A stretch of DNA of 64,000 nt, taken from a virus. Its lineage: Duplodnaviria > Caudoviricetes. Made by a program: the position numbers and the translations under genes. The stretch lies in the IMG/VR virus record IMGVR_UViG_3300031801_001562; one strand, 5' to 3'. The notes under the pieces were generated by a model. The model had not been told where the DNA came from and did not search any database. It saw only the letters and a program-made list of their open reading frames with translations. Of this stretch, positions 57,511 through 64,000 are shown in pieces; within the stretch, counting starts at the first letter, position 1; each line of letters opens with the position of its first letter.

Positions 57511-57888
57511 TTAAGTATCTGAATTAACTTGGCCGGTATTATAATTTAATATAGCAGATACAAATGAATGATATACACCAAGAGCTTCAGGCCTAGGACT
57601 CGAAACGATCATCACAAACTTTTTATCAATTTCATATCTGCCTAAATTAGCATTAGTAGGAAATGTATTGGGTGATAACCTTTCAACGTTGCGGCTCAAA
57701 TCCACATCCCATTCCATAGACCACCGAAATTGAACGGATTCTATTAATTCATATTTATCTCCCAAATCTCTAATTTTTGAGACCACTTCTTCGCCGGTAG
57801 TTAATTTAAGTACCTTTAGTTCATGGTCAAAAACCGCTTTAGATAAGGCTGCATCATGGTCGATCCTATGATCATTCACTTCATTCAT
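57511..57888 (-). CDS. Sm/SH3-like small phage protein
   Basis: VLKLTTGEEVVSKI. Confidence 0.5.
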   Translation of the reverse strand: MNEVNDHRIDHDAALSKAVFDHELKVLKLTTGEEVVSKIRDLGDKYELIESVQFRWSMEWDVDLSRNVERLSPNTFPTNANLGRYEIDKKFVMIVSSPRPEALGVYHSFVSAILNYNTGQVNSDT

Positions 57889-58079
57889 ATCGGAAATCCT
57901 TCTTTCAATTTTGTTATTTGATAGTGACCACAATGAGGGCACCATAATTTTTCATTATCAGGGAGACTTAAATCCATCTCTAATTTACTAGGAGTATGAG
58001 TATAACTCCACCATTCTTGACAACAGCCACAGGTAAAATGATATAAAATTTCTATTGTGTATTCATGAATTGGAGCCAT
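57885..58079 (-). CDS. Zn-ribbon protein
   Basis: CGCC...CPHC. Confidence 0.55.
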   Translation of the reverse strand: MAPIHEYTIEILYHFTCGCCQEWWSYTHTPSKLEMDLSLPDNEKLWCPHCGHYQITKLKEGFPI

Positions 58080-58102
58080 AATATATTCGCTTTTAAATCT
58101 AT

Positions 58103-58131
58103 ATTATATAATAAAATTTATAAAAAATCAA
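58103..58131 (-). promoter_or_regulatory. sigma70-like promoter
   Basis: TTGATT-17-TATAAT. Confidence 0.6.
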
Positions 58132-58315
58132 GCATTATCTACGCTTATCTTGCTGGCCGTTTTGATATGCTTCAAAAAGAGCTCTCTCTGCGAATAAAGC
58201 AATAGTTTTTTCATGATCCATAGGTAATTGAGTCATTACATAGCTCATAAGACTATCCTTAAATTTTCTCTTAGATTTTGGATTTTGTTTTAGTTTTTCT
58301 TCGTAATTCAAATGT

Positions 58316-58558
58316 TTATCCCCACATTTGTTGTTCCAGTCTTTCGACCTGTTTAATGTCTTTGCGAAAATCTTTTATTCGCTGTCTAGCCGCTTCTTCC
58401 TTTTTTAACCTTTTTGCCATAGAAGGTTTAACAAAATATCTTCGTTTTTTCACATCATTGAGAGTACCTTCACGTGACACCACTTGTTTTAATTTTTGTA
58501 AAGCTTTTATAATATTTCGCTGGTCTGAATCCTTATGACCAATCTTTATTGAAATCAT
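58316..58558 (-). CDS. rpsU: ribosomal protein bS21
   Basis: ALQKLKQ..EGTL..VKKRRYFVKPS..KRLKK..A.QR. Confidence 0.85.
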   Translation of the reverse strand: MISIKIGHKDSDQRNIIKALQKLKQVVSREGTLNDVKKRRYFVKPSMAKRLKKEEAARQRIKDFRKDIKQVERLEQQMWG

Positions 58559-59240
58559 ATTCTTCCATTTCTATCCAATGTTTATCATATGTTGATTTAA
58601 GATACTCTTTATCAACGTTAGTTTTATACCAGGGACCGCCTAAAGTAAAATGAGCGGCGCCAATATCCTCCTTATCAGGATAATTTGGTTCATTTACTAA
58701 CCAATTCCACTCTAAAGGAATTGATCCTATATATTTTTCTTCGGGTTCTGCCCACTCCATTTGATGTAAATAACTCATGGGTGCATGAAATATTTCTTTG
58801 CAAGTCAATGAATATTTTTCTTTATTAAATATCATAAAACTTGACCAATTCTTTCTAGGATAATTCACATTTTTATATTGTCCGCCCATTTTAACTTCGC
58901 CTCTTGAAACATAATTCTCATGCTTACAACAATATACCATTTTATTTTCATCTAAATCTCTAGCTAAACTCAAGGGATTTTTAAAAAATATAAAATCATC
59001 ATCGACAAACGCTACCCATTTATTATCTTCATTATAATCAATTAACGGAACTAAGTATCTTGTTCTGGCAAAAGGATTGTTCGTATTTTTAACATAATAA
59101 TGAGGAACACTATGAGTTTTTACTCCGAATTTTTCTAAAGAAAATCTACATTTCCTATTAACCTGTTCGCGTCCTGGCGTATATCCAACCCAAAAATCTA
59201 TCATACTGATTCCATTATTTGATAACACGCATCTTTCCAA
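58533..59240 (-). CDS. GT-A glycosyltransferase (GT8-like phage family)
   Basis: FVDDDF, RKNWSSFMIFN, IPLEWNWLV, HFTLGGPW. Confidence 0.8.
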   Translation of the reverse strand: MERCVLSNNGISMIDFWVGYTPGREQVNRKCRFSLEKFGVKTHSVPHYYVKNTNNPFARTRYLVPLIDYNEDNKWVAFVDDDFIFFKNPLSLARDLDENKMVYCCKHENYVSRGEVKMGGQYKNVNYPRKNWSSFMIFNKEKYSLTCKEIFHAPMSYLHQMEWAEPEEKYIGSIPLEWNWLVNEPNYPDKEDIGAAHFTLGGPWYKTNVDKEYLKSTYDKHWIEMEEYDFNKDWS

Positions 59241-60637
59241 AGACTTATATCTTTTGAATCATTCGCTATATTTGTATTATTAATGTGATTGTAGAGTTCA
59301 TTCATGTATCCTGAAAAACCTTGTTTTTTAGGCGGGGCAAACTTAAATTCTTTCTTAAATATTTCTACTAATTTTTCTTTTCCTATATCATTTACAAAAG
59401 CATCATTATAAAATATAGTATGATCTAAAAAAGGATTTCTTGACTCTATACAGCTCATTCCTAATGCCAAATTTGCGCCAATAGCTGCACAAGGGAGAAA
59501 GGATCTCTGATCCAAATACTTATTTGTTTGAGTTACATTATTAACTTTAGAGATTTGTTTTGCTACTTGATGTTTGTATTTAGCATTTAGGTTTTTTCCG
59601 TCAGCTACTCTAGAATATTTGGAAAGCTTATTATCTTTATATAAATCATAACCCCCAAATATTTCATCTGCTCCCTCTCCCGTCAACATTACTTTTACAC
59701 GAGGGCTCATTGCTTTACCCATTATGTAATATCCAACATAACTCCAAGTATAGGGAATCATATATGATTTTTGAATATATTCTATTGCTGCTTCACACCA
59801 TTGTTTTTCATCGTTTTTAACTTCCACTCTAGGCTCAAATCCATATTTTTTAATATCCGCCGAAGCCCAACATTTATCTTCATTAATTGTCGTTACATAA
59901 TGATCTAAACTATCTTTAAAAAGAGCAGATATAACAGAACTATCTACTCCACCCGAAACTATTCCACAATTGACTCGATGACTCGAATATGAACGTTGCA
60001 TGTTTTTTAACAATTGTAATATATTGCCATCATAAACATGTTTCGGTTTAATAACGCGCGATTTAAGAGCTCTACCGCGCATGTTATAAGTGATTATTAA
60101 ACCCTTGGGAAATAACTTAATATCTCTATAATGAGTTTTATCAAATATATAATGACGTGTTTGGTGCCAACGTTTGAGGAAGTCTTTATCTAATTTTGTT
60201 TTAACAGTTGTGGCAATAGATTTTATAGTATTACTATAAATTAAACAATTTTTATTATAATAGAAAAGAGGTACTTGCCCTATAGGATCTCTAATTAATG
60301 TTATAGTTAAATTTTTTTTGTCATAAACAGAAATTGCATATTGTCCGTTCACTTCATCAAAATTATAATCCTGTCTTCTTATTTTTTCTGCTAACCATTC
60401 CGTATCATTAGCGAAGCCCTTTGTAGGCGCGTTATATATTTCACCCACATATGTAAAATAATAATCGCCTGTATCAAATACTTGAGGACCCGGGAATGTT
60501 CCGGTGACGGGAAGAATACTTTGATGGAAAAATGAAGGGTTAAAGATAGCAGAAAAACTAATTTCTCCTCTTTCATCTATATCACTGAAATCAGTATCAA
60601 TTAAGGATCTGTCACTTATACCAAAAAAACCACACAT
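59201..60637 (-). CDS. asparagine synthetase B-family glutamine amidotransferase
   Basis: N-terminal MCG (Ntn Cys), RDPIGQVPLFY, SGGVDSS, TGEGADEIFGGY, SRNPFLD. Confidence 0.88.
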   Translation of the reverse strand: MCGFFGISDRSLIDTDFSDIDERGEISFSAIFNPSFFHQSILPVTGTFPGPQVFDTGDYYFTYVGEIYNAPTKGFANDTEWLAEKIRRQDYNFDEVNGQYAISVYDKKNLTITLIRDPIGQVPLFYYNKNCLIYSNTIKSIATTVKTKLDKDFLKRWHQTRHYIFDKTHYRDIKLFPKGLIITYNMRGRALKSRVIKPKHVYDGNILQLLKNMQRSYSSHRVNCGIVSGGVDSSVISALFKDSLDHYVTTINEDKCWASADIKKYGFEPRVEVKNDEKQWCEAAIEYIQKSYMIPYTWSYVGYYIMGKAMSPRVKVMLTGEGADEIFGGYDLYKDNKLSKYSRVADGKNLNAKYKHQVAKQISKVNNVTQTNKYLDQRSFLPCAAIGANLALGMSCIESRNPFLDHTIFYNDAFVNDIGKEKLVEIFKKEFKFAPPKKQGFSGYMNELYNHINNTNIANDSKDISLWKDACYQIMESV

Positions 60638-60674
60638 AATAACAATAATATTTAAGCTACATCCTTAATGTAGG

Positions 60675-61043
60675 TTATTCTTTTGGAATATCTGATTTAA
60701 CTAGTGCAATAGCATCTTTCCATGTTGTAGTACCATTTATTTCATCATCATATAGCATTTCAAGTTGTGTGTCCCATTTTGGATATGAAGCCATCCGAAG
60801 CCTTGTCCATTCTGGCAGAGCTACCCACTCAGCATGTTCACCTTCTAGGCGCGCAAGATATGACGCGTTGTCGGTAGCCGTCTTATCCTCAATAGCCTGC
60901 TGCCTGTCCATCTCAGCTTGTATAACATCAACAGCTATTTCAGTTGCACCTTCTTTCCATACAATACTATTAATGTCCTCACCCAGATAATGAGTGTATT
61001 CTGCACCAAGTTCTGCTAGTGCATGTTTTATTTGAATAATCAT
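60675..61043 (-). CDS. tail-fibre-associated/chaperone-like protein
   Basis: RLRMASYPKWDTQLEMLYDD..TTTWKDAIALVKSDIPK; ATGA-coupled to fibre gene. Confidence 0.65.
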   Translation of the reverse strand: MIIQIKHALAELGAEYTHYLGEDINSIVWKEGATEIAVDVIQAEMDRQQAIEDKTATDNASYLARLEGEHAEWVALPEWTRLRMASYPKWDTQLEMLYDDEINGTTTWKDAIALVKSDIPKE

Positions 61044-62818
61044 GTTTGTATCTCTTTTACTGTTAATGTTGAAGACTGCGACAGTATCTCCGCTGTCGTT
61101 GTTCCATTTACTCTGGCTGTTACTGTTACAGTAGCACCCTTTGCGATTGTGGACGTATATAAAAAGGAAGCAAAAACAGGCAGTATCCAATCCGTTCCCA
61201 CCGGTGAAGCTAACATCGTCTGTGCCTGGCCGCCTGGGCCGCCTTGTTGAATCCATTTATTATTGTAAAATTGCGGATGTCCGCCTGACATTCCGCCTCC
61301 TATCGCGATGGGATCAGAATGACCTAAATCTGAACTACCGTTAACGATCCATTGTAATCCAATTTGATCTCCATCTCCCAAAATAACCGCTGTCCGCGTC
61401 TGTAGTAAATATTTAGAATTAGCTGCTTTTGCTGTAAAAGTAACCGTTAATGGACCGCCCAACACATGTGTAAATGTTACGGGAGTGACTTGTCCAGAAC
61501 CCAGTGCAGGCAGAGTCAAGGTTATTGTGGTAGCATCAACAATTGTTGCAACTGCGGTTCCATTAGTCAACCATCCGGCACCGGAAGTGGACAGTACTGC
61601 TCCAGGCAAAATAGCTGGAGGAAAAGCAGTCGTGTAGTTAAATGTAGAAGAAGGGATCGCGGTTCCGCCTGAGCAAGGGAGCGCCGAGGACAAATTTAAC
61701 GATATCCTGGACCCGGGAATATTTACAACCGTGAGATTAGTTGGGCCATACGAGCCGCCAGAAATGGTTGAGGCAGAAGAAGTACCTGAAGCTAACGGAG
61801 TAGAACTTAACGTCATTGCTGACGAACTAGTAAGTGCAGTAATCGTAGCCGTGCCGCCCGCACCCGAAAGATAATCCGTTGTCGATCCTGGATTTGTAAA
61901 TGTCAATGGGCCATATCCACTACCCACTGCAGGCTGGCTCATTATTATCGAAGTGGCGTTGACGACTATAGCTGTTGTTCCGCCGGCAATCCAACCTTGC
62001 GATCCGGATATTGTTGCTCCAACTGCAACAGGTCCGTATGGAGGGTTGTTGGTGAAAGTGAATCCACCTGCGTTAATGGTAGTCGAGCCGGCATTAACTG
62101 AGACTGAACCTCCATTAGGAGGGCCGGCCATTCCAGTATAATATGAACTGCCGGATACAACAGTAGGAGGAAGGGTAATGGTTGCTCCAACTGTAATTCC
62201 TGCCGGTAGATTACCTGAGCTAGGGCTTATTGAAGTACTGGAAGTTGATAAAGTCCATGTTCCGGGAGTAATAGTAGGAGGAGTGGCTTGGCTTGGAACG
62301 AATTCCGATCCAACATGAATTCTGGTATCCATGAGGGCGCCGCCATCTGTGTTAAGCGCAGTTTGACCAGTAATTACAGTGTCCCATAAACCTCCATCAG
62401 CGAATCCTTCGTTGAAGGTAGCAGTAGTTGAACCACCAGTGAACTGCCAGTTCTGCCCATCTGTAACGTTTGTTTCTCCAAAAGTTAGATCTGTGGCACT
62501 GGGCGCGCCCGATTTGGTCATGTTTGTTGATGATCCAACCATCGCATGTTCTTGGATTCCCGAACCACCAAAGTCAAGTACGACACCAGGGCCTGTGGTT
62601 GTCGCTCCCGTAGTTGCTGCTATCTTTATCTGCTCTACACCTTGATCATCATTAAAAGAAATGTCCCCACCTGTTGCAGGCTGAAATATTAATTTTTGAT
62701 TAGGTCTGGCCTTTATGATAGTATCGCCAGAGGCAGGAACACTAATTATGTTTGTTCCGCCCTCATCCTGTATTTTCAGGTTATCACCTGTCCCTGCTTT
62801 TATAATTGAATCTGCCAT
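61040..62818 (-). CDS. tail fibre/adhesin-like protein (G/T/S/P-rich)
   Basis: beta-rich repeats TITA..IT(L/M)S.PA.GSG; termini shared with the adjacent paralog. Confidence 0.7.
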   Translation of the reverse strand: MADSIIKAGTGDNLKIQDEGGTNIISVPASGDTIIKARPNQKLIFQPATGGDISFNDDQGVEQIKIAATTGATTTGPGVVLDFGGSGIQEHAMVGSSTNMTKSGAPSATDLTFGETNVTDGQNWQFTGGSTTATFNEGFADGGLWDTVITGQTALNTDGGALMDTRIHVGSEFVPSQATPPTITPGTWTLSTSSTSISPSSGNLPAGITVGATITLPPTVVSGSSYYTGMAGPPNGGSVSVNAGSTTINAGGFTFTNNPPYGPVAVGATISGSQGWIAGGTTAIVVNATSIIMSQPAVGSGYGPLTFTNPGSTTDYLSGAGGTATITALTSSSAMTLSSTPLASGTSSASTISGGSYGPTNLTVVNIPGSRISLNLSSALPCSGGTAIPSSTFNYTTAFPPAILPGAVLSTSGAGWLTNGTAVATIVDATTITLTLPALGSGQVTPVTFTHVLGGPLTVTFTAKAANSKYLLQTRTAVILGDGDQIGLQWIVNGSSDLGHSDPIAIGGGMSGGHPQFYNNKWIQQGGPGGQAQTMLASPVGTDWILPVFASFLYTSTIAKGATVTVTARVNGTTTAEILSQSSTLTVKEIQT

Positions 62819-62832
62819 GGTTTAGCGACCTC

Positions 62833-63543
62833 TTATCCTATTTCTTCTACGGTTAAAGTTGTAGCTGTCGATTTTAAAGTAAGATCTCCGGTAGGAGCAC
62901 TTACCATTCCTATTATAGTAACAGTTGCAAGAGCCGCAATTGAAGACTGATATGTAAAACTTGAAGACACTGGTAAAGTGAGTGCTCCCACTGTTGGACT
63001 AGCGGCTACGGTCTGATTACCATCATTGTTAGTGAATGCGACATGACCACCGGTCACTGACATACCGGAGAAAACTGTTGAGGTAGATCCTACCACGGTT
63101 CCGTTTACAGACCAATTAAAAAAAGCTGAATCAGATCCAGTGATAACAGTATCTAACTGCATAGCATATTTAGAGTTTGCAAATTTCGATGTAAATACCA
63201 CTTGTAATATTCCGCCTCCAAAAGTAATATTATTTACTCCTGTGCTAGCAGTCATATCTGTGCCGGAACCTTGTACCACTTGTAAATTACCTCTCATTCC
63301 TCCGGTAGGATTATAAGATCCAAATGTAGTGGCTCCGGTTGTAGCCAATATCTTCAATTGTTCAGTACCTTGATCATCATTGAAAATAAGGTCACCGCTT
63401 GTCGCCTGTAAAACTAAATTTTGACCTGAAGAGGATTTTATTGTAGTATCTGCTCCAGCCATCACAGAAATGGCAGCTCCTCCTGCCGCATCTTGGATTT
63501 TTAGGTTATCACCTACTGCTGGTTTTATAATAAAATCTGCCAT
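62833..63543 (-). CDS. short tail fibre-like paralog
   Basis: MADFIIKPAVGDNLKIQD N-terminus; FTSKFANSKY..TLTVEEI C-terminus. Confidence 0.65.
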   Translation of the reverse strand: MADFIIKPAVGDNLKIQDAAGGAAISVMAGADTTIKSSSGQNLVLQATSGDLIFNDDQGTEQLKILATTGATTFGSYNPTGGMRGNLQVVQGSGTDMTASTGVNNITFGGGILQVVFTSKFANSKYAMQLDTVITGSDSAFFNWSVNGTVVGSTSTVFSGMSVTGGHVAFTNNDGNQTVAASPTVGALTLPVSSSFTYQSSIAALATVTIIGMVSAPTGDLTLKSTATTLTVEEIG

Positions 63544-63559
63544 TTTTTTCCTTTTTAAA

Positions 63560-63811
63560 TTATTCTGGTTTAGTAGGCCAAACTGGGTCAACTAACACAT
63601 CATCATCCGCACCGGGAAATGAAAAATCCCTGAGTGCTTGTCTGTAAGTTTTCCATGCAGCTTTTTTAGCTGTTGGATAATCCGTAACAATATATTTATC
63701 ACTTTCAGCTAATAGATTGTTGCGCTCTGCTCTAGCAACTGCAATATCCATGCGCTCGTCATTTTCATAAAAAACTGGATCGCCGGTTCCCATTTGTATC
63801 TTATTTGCCAT
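63560..63811 (-). CDS. phage tail assembly chaperone
   Basis: RAERNNLLAESD..WKTYRQALRD..WPTKP. Confidence 0.8.
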   Translation of the reverse strand: MANKIQMGTGDPVFYENDERMDIAVARAERNNLLAESDKYIVTDYPTAKKAAWKTYRQALRDFSFPGADDDVLVDPVWPTKPE

Positions 63812-63849
63812 ATTGCTCTTTTTATTAATTGATCTTGTTATTAAATATT

Positions 63850-64000
63850 TTATGCACCATCAAAGCCGTAACCAACTCCATAATGTGTATATTGTGTAGA
63901 ACTAGTGTTTTCTGCTATTCCATTCCTTAATCCATAAAGATATGCTCCTTCTCCTATCGTATCTTCACCCATGCCGCCCATGGGGTTCGAGTGCGTGTGG
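63850..64000 (-). CDS. C-terminal fragment of a probable tail protein (runs off window)
   Basis: open frame HTHSNPMGG...GVGYGFDGA*. Confidence 0.4.
   Translation of the reverse strand, partial: HTHSNPMGGMGEDTIGEGAYLYGLRNGIAENTSSTQYTHYGVGYGFDGA

Noticed and set aside
1495-61672. Numerous plus-strand ORFs in the track (e.g. 1592-2077, 12086-12547, 34334-34777, 14224-14481)
   Set aside because: They are antisense shadows of minus-strand genes, with low-complexity F/L/S-rich translations and no motifs or RBS.
29341-62833. Extended N-termini in the ORF track (e.g. starts 29601, 32044, 56090, 61256; also 4478 and 63591)
   Set aside because: They run through promoters or upstream genes; downstream ATGs with RBS or ATGA coupling were used instead.
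1-64000. Alternative genetic code or stop-codon reassignment
   Set aside because: Conserved enzymes translate full-length with the standard code, coding density is high, and no suppressor tRNA was seen.

Overview
This is an AT-rich, gene-dense segment of a large T4-like (myovirus-type) phage, probably marine. Evidence: a gp67-like prohead-core protein, MKxFKE-type T4-like small proteins, tail-fibre/chaperone pairs, phage tRNAs, near-perfect sigma70 early promoters and TATAAATA late-promoter motifs. Almost every gene is on the minus strand. The only clear plus-strand unit is a class II aaRS catalytic core lacking the anticodon-binding domain (2978-3811), followed 3 nt later by an aberrant 111-nt tRNA(GUU) with a 39-nt variable arm. 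The window is rich in auxiliary genes: Prs, ClpP, ClpS, an HtrA-like protease, IscU and two IscA, bS21, SpeD-like, SET, HutZ-like, a half-size Na/Pi transporter, glutaredoxin, HIT and many 2OG-Fe(II) oxygenases. It also carries three sugar/small-molecule tailoring clusters: a carbamoyltransferase/LpxA-like/GT cluster; an amidinotransferase + StrG-like + DegT/StrS + B12 radical SAM cluster interleaved with SGNH-like and GT10-like paralogs; and an AsnB-like + GT pair beside the tail fibres. Features outside the ORF track are four canonical tRNAs (Cys, Val, Tyr, Asn), two candidate structured ncRNAs (~209 and ~148 nt), a 52-aa metallothionein-like peptide and an origin-like repeat region. All family calls come from motif recognition by eye; no database searches were run.
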